Assembly: GCA_964188305.1 (NCBI GenBank)
Contig: OZ076892.1
Source of the DNA: Podarcis bocagei
Taxonomy: Eukaryota
DNA: 64,000 nucleotides
Reading direction: 5' to 3' (one strand)
This document shows positions 12,901 through 25,896 of the stretch, in pieces. Both the position numbers and the translations under genes were made by a program. Numbering within the stretch: the stretch's first letter is position 1; every line of letters starts with the position of its first letter. The notes beneath the pieces are model-generated. The model had not been told where the DNA came from and ran no database searches. It saw only the letters and a list, made by a program, of their open reading frames with translations.

Positions 12901-13151
12901 CAGGGATCAGCAAACATTTTCAGCAGGAGGCTGGTCCACTGTCCCTCAGAACTTGGGGGGCGTCAGACTATATTTTTGGGGGGGGGAATGGACAAATTCC
13001 TATGCCCCACAAATAACCCAGAGATGCATTTTAAATAAAAGTACACATTCTACTCATGTAAAAACACGCCGATTCCCAGACCGTCCGTGGGCTGGATTGG
13101 GAAGGCGATTGGGCCGGATCCGCCCCCCGGGCCTTAGTTTGCCTACCCATG
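12901..13151. mobile_element. 251-bp non-autonomous hAT-type element
   Basis: Imperfect TIR cagggatcagcaaac/gtttgcctacccatg; 8-bp TSD ttctatcc at 12893-12900 and 13152-13159. Confidence 0.85.
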
Positions 13152-14339
13152 TTCTATCCTTTCTATATATTACATTGGTTTTCTGTCCATCCTCCAAGGA
13201 GCACAGGGTGGTTTGCAAAAGAAACCATGAGCTGCAACCAAAGTTTGTTTTTGGCTTACTGCTCAGAGTTTGTTTAGAGGAAGCAAACCATGAGTCCAGG
13301 CTCTGGTGTAATGCTGTGCCAAACCATGGCTTAGCACCTAGCAGTGTGGCAGCAGCAGAAACAGGTGAGTAGTGAAGAGGACACTGTTTTCTTCCTGTGC
13401 ATGAGCATGCTTGGTTTTTCATGGTAAGTCATTGTTTTGCTTATTGTGACGTGCCAACAGAGCCGATGGCGAGCCCAAGGTCACCCAGTGTGGTTCATGG
13501 CTGAGAAGGCTTTAGACCTGGAACTAACAAAGCCAATTGTATATCCATCACACCACTCTCACTATTTCTGCACTCCCCTTTCCTTGACCTGTAGAGTGAG
13601 TTACAGCCACGCCTGTACTAATTCGCCCTCCCTGAGTAAAAAATTAACTACCTCCAGAAGAACCACCTGATTTGTTGCACCATGGAGTTGGGAACTTGAG
13701 TCCCTCATATTACCAGTTGGGCTTTCATAGTCCCTGGCCATCAACCATGCTGATAGAGCTGGACCACAGGTTCCCCAACCTAGCATGAGCCTGCAATACT
13801 AGGTACGTTTTACTTGGACGTTGCTGGAATTAAACCAGATTCACAAAGCGAACAAATTTCAAACAAAGGTATTCTAATATTTGATACTACGGAACAGCCT
13901 TCAACAACCTGGTGCCCTCTAGATAGTATGGATCAGGAGTTGTAGTCCAAAGCATTGGCAGGTGGGGAAACCAGGCTTGCAAGGGTCCTGTAGATATTTA
14001 TATGCACCATTTTTGCTGTGGAACTTTCCCCTTCCTCCCTCCCTCCCTCCCATCCCCCACCCTGGATCTTGCTCATCACTGCAGCAATCTTGTTTCACAC
14101 CTACACAGCTAGTCATTAGGCATCAATGGTAACCACACTTCAGGAAAAACAGAACCGTTGCCATAGGGGGCAAAGAAGTTGCGTCTGTGAATGAGACCCT
14201 TTGCTTCAATGATTTGGCCATAAAACCTGTCAACCTCACAAACCGTCTGCAAAACTTTCTAGCCTTCAAGCAAATCTCTAGCCACATTTTGAGCATTTGC
14301 CTCCCAGTTTCCCACTTTCTACACACACATCCCTGTCTT

Positions 14340-14660
14340 CTGTCCATAAGATGGTCTTTGAAAACCCTGCTCCAGGCACACCGGGATTAGGCAAGAGGTG
14401 ATCTGGAGCGGAGCCTTCTCTGTGATGGCTTCCAGACTGTGGAATGCCTCCCTCAGAAACATTTATTTACCATCCTTTCTTCTGCCCTTTAACAGGAATT
14501 AAAAACAATTTTCTTTGCCTGGACTTTTTGACAAATGACGATGCTCTCTATTTTAGTTGTGGCTTTTATCAGATTATATTGGCAGAGTGTTTTGATTTTG
14601 GGAAGCTGCATTGAGGTTCTGATAGTAATGGAAAGGGCCAAGATATAAATGTTTTAAACA
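14340..14660 (+). mobile_element. Old degenerate L2 3' end
   Basis: gccttctctgtgatggcttccagactgtggaatgcc encodes AFSVMASRLWNA, the L2 ORF2 terminal motif, followed by a T-rich UTR. Confidence 0.65.
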
Positions 14661-17600
14661 ACTGATGCAATAAATCCTTGCTGTTTCTATCTAATGGGCA
14701 AGGTACAAAGTCCTAACATCCTCCACTGCAGCTTTCTTCCCTAACTTCCCTCCTTTACATGTCCCTGTAAGTGGTTACAACAGGGTTGGGATGTGTCAGA
14801 AGAATAATACCAACACAGGTGTGGTTTCACCTGAAGGCAAAACACACAGTACCAAAACTAAATTTGCTAAAGTAATACAAATGCAGGGAACACACTTATA
14901 AGGAAAATCAGTGGGTAAAAAAGGGGGTGCGTCTACTTTACTTTGTTGTTTTTCCTCTACCTGTTGATTTCCCTCTCTGCAAATGAGTCCATTTTCCCTC
15001 CAGGCTCCCAGAGGCCAAGTGGGAAGGGATGAAGGGATGGAAAAGGATGGAAGCAGCAGGAGATCTCTGCAGAAGAGAATCAACAGGCGCAAGAAGTGCT
15101 GAGCAGCCCCCATGCGTGGATTTCTCCTGCAAACATCCTTTCCCCCTTTGCCTTACCAGGCAAACACGAGAATGCTGTGTCTGCTTCATAACATGGAGAT
15201 CCACCCAAAGGCAGCAACCCTACGCGTGCTTATTTGAGAGTACAGTTCCACTCTGCTAAGTGGGATTTGGCTCTGCATAGGATTGGGCGGAAAGTGTATA
15301 TGAAGAAGAACAGGGGTTCTGGAACATAAAAGCTGTTCCTTTTTGCCCACCTGCAGAGCGACCCATTAGACTAAGTGCACCATTTACACTACTACTACAT
15401 GCCTTACTACCTGAATTCCCCAAAGTGCTCCATTCCCATTTGGTCACAACGTTGCGATATAGGACAACTTGACATTATAGAAATTATATTCACTCATCGT
15501 TTATGCGTGACTTTTAACGAGCAAAGCCAATCTTCATCTATTCCACGTTCACAGCGCCACTCATGAGACAAGCTACTATGGCTCACAGTGCACAGATGCT
15601 CAAGCAAAAAAGGCGTTTGCGCATGATGTGAGAGTGGAGACAAAAGATGTGCAAAGAGGGACCATGCACACCTTTCCTCCACCATGTGTCCCCTGGAGGA
15701 AGAGAAGCATGCAGATATAAAAGCCAGTTGATGATCAAAAGAAGGGGAAATCAACCTTCTTTCCTCTCAAGGGCCACATTCCTTCAGGGGTAATCTGTCG
15801 GGGCCAACATGCTGGTGGTGGGTGGAGCCAGAGCCAATGGTGGAAGGAGCCAAAAACAAAAGTGATCTAACTAACCCAGGGTGGAGGTATGCCTATGGAG
15901 GCAAGCTTGGCTCCCTCCCAAGAGCAGGGAGCAGAATTAGCCCCTATCCCAGTTATTATGCCTTGATTCAACTCCTTGCTTTCTCCAGCACACATGAACA
16001 GTTGCCATTCACTCCCATAGGGGATAATAAAGTACTGTACCTGGGGACAGTTCTGTGTTGAGGGCAAAAAAGCCCTATCCCCTTGCTTCTGAGTGGCCTG
16101 GCCTTCAACAACAGGGAACCCATGGTGTGTACACATTACAAAGAGAAGCACTACTATCCCCCCATGAGTCCTTGCAATATGCAAGTCCTCTCTCCACACA
16201 AACACACATGCCACCTGTCATAATGACTTCCTAGTAAATAAACAATCACAATGTTATCTACTGGACCATACTGTCCCTGACTTGAAATCAAAACAGAAAA
16301 CCCTTTAACTATTTGCTGCGGGAATTCTATTCTACTAAGCAGTCCATACGCGTTCCTACTCTCGGTGGTGATGTGCAAACCCACAGCAGGAATTGTGTTG
16401 CAAATTTCTCCCTTTGAGTTGCAAACCACCGATTTCTGAGAAAATCCATCTGCCTTCTTCTGTTCTGGCTGGTTCCATCTGTGCAACAACTATTCCTTCA
16501 GTTGCCCACTTCAATTAAAGCCTACATGTTTCTGCATATGCTGGCACTCACAGGCACAGCATATCTTGAACTTCATCATCTCAAGGCTGCTAAAATGTTC
16601 TGCTGTTCATACACAAAGGACTTCACTCTGACATAACAGGATTGGATAAGTTTGTGGAGGATGGTTTGGAACAAAACAAAACAAAGGTTCCAACACTGTG
16701 AGAATGCAAACACTCGCTAGCCACATCAATAAGGTAATCTGGAGGCACATTAAATAAAAACCGTGTATTTCCAAAAACTTGAATGCACAGTCACCCCACA
16801 ACGATTCACACACACATGACCAACTCTACCATAAAGACCAGCACATGTAGCCATGCAATAATCCAACAGTTGTTCTGCAACTGTTCCACCAGAGCACCTT
16901 GTACATTCAATATGGTTTTCCAGCAGCAAGTGGCATCGGCAACCGGCTGTCCAATAGCCATTCGTGCACATACTCAACCCAAGAGACTCAGCCTACAGTG
17001 CACAGCCACCCTTCCACAATGCTCAAGGAGATATCCCACACATGCCACACGTGTTCTGCAAGAATCTGTACAAAGGATTGTATGTGTTTTTGTACTCACA
17101 GAATCCCATGCAATCTGTGGTCATGCAGTCACATATTCCTTCCATTTCCTCCAGAGCTGGAGTAGGCAGACCTCAGACTTGCTTGCTTGCTTTTTACCTG
17201 AAGTTCACCAACTAGAGCCTGGCGTAAAACTGAAGCGCAGGTAGGCAGACATACAGTAAGAACTGAGGAGCAGGGTGTCTCTGAGCATATGCTCAGTCCA
17301 GGAATTTGCAGTCAGTACCTGAACCAATCTGATAAGTCCACTCACATGAAAACCCACTGCTGGTCACACCCACCCACCTCTCGGTTTTTGTTTCAGCAAC
17401 GTAATTAGGGTAAGGAGGTGGGAAGCTTTTTAGTTATTGCTATTCTTAAAACAACTGGGAGTCAGAAACTCTTGCTAATATACTGCAAATCACCAAAAGA
17501 TCTACCAGAAGATCCTGAACTAATTTCTGCCCACCTTTGCTCTAGTCTGGAGCATAGTTAGATCCTTTCTTGTTTTAAAAAATCTATTGGATGTATGCAC

Positions 17601-20600
17601 AGAGGACTCACTGTCCTCAAGTCACCCCCACAACATGCTATGAGCTTCATGGAAGTTCACAAAACTCATCTCACATGTGAGCAATTTGTAAATGATTCAA
17701 ACAATATGCATCTACATGAATCCCACCATTAAGACACATGTGCATCAAGTTCTATAGGATAGACTATACAAGCAGCCATTCACTGCTATGGGGAAAAGGA
17801 AAGCACTGCATTTGGGTACAGTTTTGCAACTTTTCCTCAAAACACACTTATAAGATGGGCCACTATTTTTATCCCCTATAATACATTTCAGGGAGGGGAG
17901 TGAACCTAAGAGACAAAAGGCCCCTTAGGACACCATTCGGGCACATGATGGTATCAGGGCAGTTACACATGATTTCAATACTGTTTGCACCTGCAAGAGT
18001 TTTGTGATGGCCTTACTGCTTCGTTTCCAATCAGTGCATGTCCTGCTGTAATATACCACTGAAATCCTGTAACTTTTTAATAGCACAAATTTTCTAGGGT
18101 TTGGGGTGGGGGTTGTCCCACTTTTGTGCACTATAGCCCCTCCAGGTAGTAGCAATGCAGCAGCATTGAGGAAGTATCACAGAACACTCAATAAAGAGGA
18201 ACAATGTGTGGATGGTCCTTTGTAAATCCACCACTAATGCACTGTTATTGCATCAACGACATGTTGCAGAATACGCTGGTTGAAAAACAAACCAACCACG
18301 AGTTTGTCTAAAACCAGGGTTTGGGTATCAGTCTCAAGCTGGCTAACCCAGTAGCTGCTCAATGTGCTTATCCATATGCTGCTCTCACTGCCACTAGTAC
18401 ACACACCAGCCTAGTGACAGCTCTCATGCCCACTGTTGTACAGCAGCCATTTTACCTTAGCTATCAGAATTAACATCCCCTGTGTCCAGCCTGTGACAGG
18501 GATGAAGAGAGAAAAAGAACAGAAAAAGGGGGCTACAGGGAGAGTTTTGGAACGTGAAAATTGCAAGAACTGGTGAAGGAGACCCACCAGGCTGAACAGA
18601 AAGGAGGACTGCAGAAAATTGGAAGAAGTAGCAGGATGGGAAATGCAAGCAGATGCAGAGATCAGAGAGGGTTCCTGACTCTGGGAAAGGTGTGCTGTCA
18701 GCAAGGCACAAGGTACCGTAATAGGGAAGATTCAAAGTAGGAGAAAGTATTGGTGCAGGCAAATATCTGCTCCTGGTGATTTCCTGGGTGAGCCATCACC
18801 CTGAAGCAACTTGCAGCCACTGTATTGTCGTCTCTCGCTTGCTCGGTCAACTTGGCAGCTTCCACACAAAATGTCAACAACCTGGCACACTTTGGGGCTA
18901 GGTGTGGGTGTTTTCTGTGGTGCTGCATCTGTTCTGAAATAGGTGTCACCCCAGAAACCTTTATTTGTAGCAGCACGGGAGTGAGGGGAAACAAGCTGAA
19001 ACAATTCCAGGGTAAGGGGAGAGAAAAGCATGAAAGCCAAAATATTTGGAATGAAGAGGAAAGAACTCAAGAGATGAGAAACTGATGCAGCTGGCAGGGT
19101 TGCACGTTCGGGCAAAAAAGAACAAGGGAAAGATCTGGGGACAAGGAGAGTGGAAAGGCTTGTACAATAAGGAAGGCAGATGAAATGGGAAACATAGTGT
19201 GGAGGTGTTAGAGATGAGTAGGGCACTTTACACAGGCCAGGAGGGCAGGATATTACCAATAGGTAGTGAAAACTGTGTAAGGTGTGCATGGGGATTGTAG
19301 AAGTGGGGAAAACAGGTGCACCCTCTGCAACATTGGCTTACATCCCAAAGCCAACACAATTTTTAGTGACACCAGGTCGACACATATATGTGTGGGCGAC
19401 TTCAAGGTGCACCCACCTCACGCAGAGATCTTCTCCAGGAGGAAAAGACAAAAAGAGATATGGATGGAGGAAGGTGGACAGAGACAGCAAGAGGAAGAGA
19501 GGAAAAGAAGCAGGCAGAGGCTAAGGGGTCGGGGACGGTGGAAAAGCTGTCTCTGCAAGAGAAGGTTTTTCACCCTGCCCTCATCTCCCCCCCCCCTTCA
19601 TACACAGAGACACACACACATGAGCCTCAGCACTGACCCCCCCTCCCATCACCAATGGCCAGTCCCTTGGGAGGCCTGTCCTCCTCCCCCCCCCAATCCT
19701 GCTGACCCTGGCGCGTGGCTGTGCCCGGAGGCTCGGCTGGAACAAAGGGCCCAGAGCTCGGCCAATCAGGGTGTGCAGCTCTCCTGCCGCTGACCTTTTT
19801 ATGATTATTATTTAAGGGAAAAAGCAGAGGCGAGGAGAGGAGAAAGGAGGGGAGGAGGCAGCAAAGGGAGGCGGGGGGGAGAGGGGAAGAGGACCGGAGC
19901 TTTGCAAAGACAAGCCGGCCCTCCTGCAGCCACTGTATAGAAATACCCCCACATGCACTAATCATCTCCCATCCCCCTTGCCCAGGCTCCTTATGAGTCC
20001 ATATTGTCTGGGATCAGCTAGGGCACAACCCAGCAAGGGGCACATCCCTGTCTGCCCGTGCCATAAGAAGAAACCGCTCTGCCCAGGATCTGAGCACAAC
20101 TGGATCGAGAGGTGTTGGAAATGACATGGCGATTCAGCCCCGGATACCATAGGAGAGCGAAGACACTATCAAGCCCAGTGCCATAGCCATCACTTGCCTG
20201 CATACATAACCCCACGCAGAATCCCCACCATACCACATCAGTTTGACTGTCCCATCTCACCAAATATCCCTCTTCTAAGAGAGGACCATTTGCAAGGGCT
20301 TCTAAGCACAGCTATCGAGCCTAGAGGGAAAGATCTGCCCACGCGGAGGAAGTAGGAGATTTAGGTATCGTATACAGCCATGCCTTTTTTTGACAAGTTT
20401 AAGCAGTTGCACCCCCTGAGTACGAACGTTAGTTTCTCCTCCATCTGTTTGCCTATCCTTTCTCTTTTAACCCAGTTATTTGGTGGCAGTCATTCATACA
20501 CACATCATAAAGGCATGTACCATGAGCTATTACCATCAGTTGTGCATGGTTAAAAATAAAGCACTTGCAAACATACAATGTCCACGAGAACCAAACTGTG

Positions 20601-20718
20601 GGTATGGCAGACCTGAGTTTTGCACTCACCTCAACCACAGACTTCTTGGGGAAAATGGCATGTAAAAATCACCATGAGGAAGATGCCATGAAATTCCTGT
20701 GATGTGAATGGTCTACTC

Positions 20719-20854
20719 CAGGCACAGGCAAACTCCGGCCCTCCAGATGTTTGGGACTACAATTCCCATCATCCCTAGCTAACAGGACCAGTGGTCAGGG
20801 ATGATGGAAACTGCAGTCCCAAATATCTGGAGGGCCGGAGTTTGCCTATGCCTG
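20719..20854. mobile_element. 136-bp hAT-type MITE
   Basis: Near-palindromic, TIR caggca(c/t)aggcaaactc; TSD gtctactc at 20711-20718 and 20855-20862. Confidence 0.92.
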
Positions 20855-21759
20855 GTCTACTCAGCTGACCAGCTTCTGGTCAAACAAATAGCTATATATC
20901 TGGTTTGAACGGATACATATCAGAGCATTCATAAAAGGCCTCTCACCATGTCAAAAAAAGTCAAATGTTTGGTGGTTTCACAATGCACTCCTTACAATGA
21001 AAATGGCTACATGCATCGACTGCTACCGGCACATCCTAAACAAGCTATTGTCCATCCGCTTTGGTGTTTAGGTTCTCAATATATGAAATGGAAATAAGAG
21101 CAACCTCTAAAGTACTTAGGCAGTAAAGTAGAGATTGCATAGCACTTTATGATGTGCTATATTATAAAATAATAAATTTCAGTCCAAAATAATGCACATT
21201 CATGGAATTTTTCCTTCCTTTCAGAAACTTTGTCCTTGAAATCCACACTCATTGAGGGCCTAGTTTGCTATTAGCAAATGTATTACTTGCCAGTGTCAAC
21301 TGGGTATATGGGAATTCAGTATATAACTTGTGCTCAGATTTTTTGACAGGTGCCTGCTTTGATTTTAATCAGCCCACAAAGCAAACTAAACGAGCTCCCA
21401 GCTACCAAAGCAATGTAGCCCAAATCAAAGTTTAGCCAAATGAAAGATTCAAAGCTGAAGTTCTCCATGGGTTTGAATCAAATCCCAAAAGCCATCAATA
21501 GGAATGGATGCTCAAGTCTGAAACGGAATCCGAAATACACTGTGGAGGCTCAGGGTCAGCTTGGGGGTGGCTTGCCTATTGAGTTACAGTGCCTTTCCGA
21601 ATTCTGCCATCCTGCGCTGGGTGATATCCAAGTCATAGTCAAAGCAGAAATGATTGAAATGATTGGACTTGGCATTCAGGACAGACAAAAGGAAATATTT
21701 ATCCACATTTATTCACATGGTTCAAAGATGGAGTTTCCTACTGTAACAGCCAACTTGCA

Positions 21760-22010
21760 TGGTTTTTAAAAAAGTTTAGATGCATTCATGGAGAATAAGG
21801 CTATCAATGGCTACTAGTCATGGTGGCTGTGTACTACAACCAGAATCCGAAGTGGTATGCCTCTGAATACCAGTTGCTGGGGAGAATATTTGGAAAAAGT
21901 GCTGTTGGGCTTGCGGGCTTCCCATAGTCATCTGGCTGGCTACCATGTGAAAAGGATAATGGTTTATTTGGGTCTTTGGTCTGATCCAGAAAGACTCTTC
22001 TAATATACTT
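21760..22010 (+). mobile_element. CR1 LINE 3' end
   Basis: ttagatgcattcatggagaataaggctatcaatggctactag (LDAFMENKAINGY*) followed by a UTR ending ggtctgatccagaaagactcttct. Confidence 0.75.
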
Positions 22011-24996
22011 AAGTCCACTGATTTCACCGGGTCTACTCTGTGTATGACAAACACTGGATATCACCCAATACATCTGGGGAGTTTAAATAAAATCATAGCA
22101 ACCTTCATCACTGCCAAATTCTTTCTCATCTTTCTGGCACTTAATATTACAAAGACGGGTGCCTACTGTCTGAAGAACAGCTCTGACCAGCTCAAAAGCT
22201 TGCAACCTTATGCCATCACCAAAACTGGTGAAATGAAGGTATTACCTACATGGATCTTTAAAGTTTCCAAAGACAACATTAAAAACTAGAAGCAACACAC
22301 TAAAAAGGCATGTTCCTAAACCTTAAAAAAAATCTTTTTCAAAATGTATTATTTTTTTGAATAGAGACATCACAATTTGAAATGCATGTTCTATCTACCA
22401 TGGGTTCTTTTATTTGACTTATGGAGCTAGGTAATGCTAAAAATGCAAAAGCAGCCTAGATCACAGCCTAAATCACAGGCAAAAACATGAACTGGATATA
22501 CGTGTCACTGTAAACAGACCACAAGACACTAAGGAGGCAGAACCTTGTGTAGAGATACCAGTGGCAAACACTCCTGCAAAAAAACACATTCACACATTGC
22601 ATGCAGGAGGGCATGGTGTAACTATCCTACAGCCACGGGATGCTTGTCCAACCATCTGGGCCTCTGCCTCCCACTCAGCTGACCAAGTACATATTATCAC
22701 GCCCAGAAAAGAAAAGGAAAACTGATTCCCAATAACGTTAAGTTCCCCTGAATTGATCTTAGTACCTAAAACCTTGATGGCTGCCCCATGGAGTTTTACT
22801 TTATGGTTATTTTGCCAGTGCACAACACAAATGTAACATGCCAAGACAAGGTCCACAATGCGCATTTCCCCCTCGTGCACAGCCATCCAGGTTCCACACC
22901 CACCACGAAAAGAACTTTGGCTGGCTTTGTGCCATCCCACGACACCCCACATCCAGACCTAGATGTAGAAGGCGCCAAGGATGGAAGGATGGACACACAC
23001 CAAACACACTGACTTCTCTGACCAGAGAGAGAGAGAGAGAGAGAGAAAGAGAGGGAAGGAAGGAGCATGAGAGGGTGGAGGTGGGGGCAGTTACTACAGG
23101 CTGGAAAATCGATTTCTGCCTCTGAACAAGCTTCGCTTCCCAGATCTCCGGGTTCATTAGCACGGACTGGGCTTGACACCAATACAATTTCCACACCGCG
23201 CTGGCTGCAGCAGAGCAGGGGGGGAGGGGTGTGCATGCAGGGCCAGCTCTGCAAAGCCACTTCTCTGAACCCCCACCACCCACCCGCCAGCCATAGAACG
23301 TGTCAGAAACAGATTATAAAACTGCCTCCTGTCGTTCCCCCCTCCCTTTGGGTCGCCCCGTTCTTGCCTTTACCCTTTCTCAGGGGTTGCTTCTCTTCCT
23401 ACCCACTGATGCACCAATGCCCACATTTCTCTTCATGCCCTGACCCTTCCCTATCCCTGATACTCCTAAATCTCCAGCTGTCAGGTCTACCAAGGAAAGG
23501 AAGCTCTCCCAGAGTATAGTTGGTTAGAGTAGGGGAAATCAGTCATCAGGACGCCTGGGTTCTCTCCCATGAGGTGGGGAGCGGGAGGGGAAGGGGAAGA
23601 AGGAGATCTACCAGTCAGCGGTTATTGCTAAATTTTTCATTAATAAGCATCCACATCCCACCCCAAAAATATCACTGCCGTCCCAGTTCTTACCCAGATT
23701 CTTACCCAGCACATTCCATATAATCCACTGCCTCATAATTTTAGGAGGCAGAAGAGAATTTTCCCCCAAGGTCACCTAGAAAAGCCCTTCATAGACCTCG
23801 GGAGCCCCAGCTCTGGAGACAGCCCTCCCCTACCTCCCTTCTCTAACTACTAGACCCCCATGCACCCCCCTCTCCCCTGTTCTGAAGGCCCACCACTTCA
23901 AAGGAACACATCCCCACTTATCATTTGAGTTCACCGTCCATAGTCTAATGGTCGAGAGGTGCAATCCAAAAGTCTATTTTTAAGATGCGCCCAGACATAA
24001 TAGTGAGGTGTGTAGATGGGGGGGAGCATAGCAGAATGAAATAGCTTGACACAGGGGGGCCAGAGGAACTATACATCTTACGCTGACAACAAACAGTAAC
24101 TAGAATACAGAGGAAATGTCTAAAATCGGAAGAGGGGAGCAGTGAGCCACAAAGCAGACCCCAAATGCTGTGGGGTGTTAGGGGGGACATAAATCCCCCT
24201 TAAACACAAGGCAACGGTCCTGTTTCATTTCCCATCTGAAGCACCCCATCTCAAGGAAGACAGAGAATCTGAACTATTCACAATTCCAGAATTTAACTTG
24301 CAGAATTGGTGGGTGGAGGAGGGTGGGCATAAGCAGACACGGGGTGGGGGGAACTAGTCAAACTTCAACAGGAGCTTATTGTTAGAAGCATTTGACTAGA
24401 TGTGGGGAAGATTTGGAGGGAGGATCTGAAGCATAAAACCAGAAAATATTGGTGGGGTGTTTGGCATGATTGCACTAGAGTAACCATTTACCAGGGTTGC
24501 ACCTGAAACTCGAACAGGATATTATTGGGGGACAATTGATGAAAAGGGGTACTTATGGGAGGCTGTGAACAATTTGACAGAACTGGCTGGCATTGGAGAA
24601 GAGGCAGGTGGGGTTATTTGGGGGCACCTTCCCAGACTGGATCTCACAGGTGCTTTCTGCCCACCCCCACCCCCTAATTCTCTCTGGGCTAGAAAAATCC
24701 TCCCCCACCAGCCCACCACCTGCCTAGCCCTAAACCTTACTTGGTGTTTCCCATATACCGAACAGAGGAAGAACCTCATAGGGAAATAATAGCAATATTA
24801 TAAAAATAACTTGATGATTGGGGTGGGAGCAAAGGCTTCACCGGTTCCCCCCACCCAGCAAAAGTGAAAGTGGGGGGTCTCTCTTTTCTTTTTTTCCTCC
24901 CCCTTTCTTTTTTCTCTTTTTTGCCCAGTCTTCTTCCACCGGCGTCTGCGTGCTGTTGGTTTCGGCGGCTGCCTTTGGCTTCTTTTCCCTGCTTAC

Positions 24997-25120
24997 CACC
25001 CACCCCCACCGACCCCCACCCCCTCCGTCTATCGACCGCAGGATGCCGGCGCCGGAGGTTCGATACGGAGCAGTGACACTCCGGATCAATACCGCATGAA
25101 TAAAAACCCCGCTCGCCCAT
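24997..25120 (-). CDS. Candidate alternative first coding exon (MGERGFYSCGIDPECHCSVSNLRRRHPAVDRRRGWGSVGVG, phase 1)
   Basis: Strong Kozak context GCGGAGATGG at 25120; 124 nt open to donor GTG|GTAAGC (cttac 24992-24996); same phase as the 25341 exon; CpG-rich. No homology recognised. Confidence 0.35.
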
Positions 25121-25340
25121 CTCCGCTTTCTTCCTCTCCCTCTTTCCCCTTTTTCTCCCCTCCTTTCCCCCTCTTTCTCTCTCTCTCTCTTCTCGCCTGC
25201 AAGAGTTGGTGGCATCTCTCTCATTCTCTCTCTCTCGTCTTTTTCTTTCCCCCTTTCCCTTCCTTTTCCCCATTATGTTCCTTGCTGACTTGCCGGCTGC
25301 TTTCTTTCTCTTGCCGCCCCCTACACCCCCTTCTTCTTAC

Positions 25341-25440
25341 CGTTTGCAGAGCGCAGGGCGAGCGGCGACTTGAGGCGCCATCCGTTCTCCGGGCCGGCGG
25401 ATCTTTGGAAGACCAAGGGGACCGGCAGTGGGATGAACAT
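25341..25440 (-). CDS. POU2F2: Alternative first coding exon of POU2F2/Oct-2 (33 codons + 1 nt; MFIPLPVPLVFQRSAGPENGWRLKSPLALRSAN)
   Basis: Seen: ATG at 25440, open frame to a strong donor ACG|GTAAG (cttac at 25336-25340), phase 1 ending in G, inside a CpG-rich patch; possible acceptor CAG at 25452-25450. Recalled, not searched: teleost pou2f2 isoforms begin MFVPLPVP..FQR...WRLKSPLA.RS and then (D/E)IRMSKP, and the human first-exon/exon-2 junction is also phase 1 (G|AA ATA AGA ATG). Octamer clusters in the window fit a POU2 locus. Confidence 0.75.
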
Positions 25441-25855
25441 GTCGGGGACCTGTGAGTGACACTCCGCATAACCCCACGGAGGGAAAAAAATATAAATATA
25501 TATATAAAAGGGTGGGTGGGTGAGTGGAGAGAAAGGGGTGGCGGGTGGGCGAAGTGGGGGGGGACACATACACACACACGCTGGACAGGTGACGATCGAC
25601 CGAGGATGACAATCAACCCAGGGTGGGGGGGGAGTGGAAATCTCTCTCTTCTCTCTCTCTCTCTCTCTCCCCCCCCCCTTCGACACACACTGCTCCGCTT
25701 TCTGCACTTACACACGTGCGTGCATGGGTGTGTGCACGGGCAAGTGCGTGTGTGTTTGTCCGTGCTGCAAGGACGTGTGAGGTTTGGGCACTACAGCCGG
25801 ACAGTGTGCATCGTTTTAAGGCTTTTGCAGAAAAGGAAAAGGGGGTGCGAGTGCG

Positions 25856-25860
<5 letters not shown>

Positions 25861-25892
<32 letters not shown>
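25861..25892 (+). repeat. (GT)n microsatellite
   Basis: Seen directly. Confidence 0.95.

Positions 25893-25896
<4 letters not shown>

Noticed and set aside
15095-15125. GCATGGGGGCT resemblance to human exon 1 (SMGAP)
   Set aside because: No splice donor follows and the frame is not preserved.
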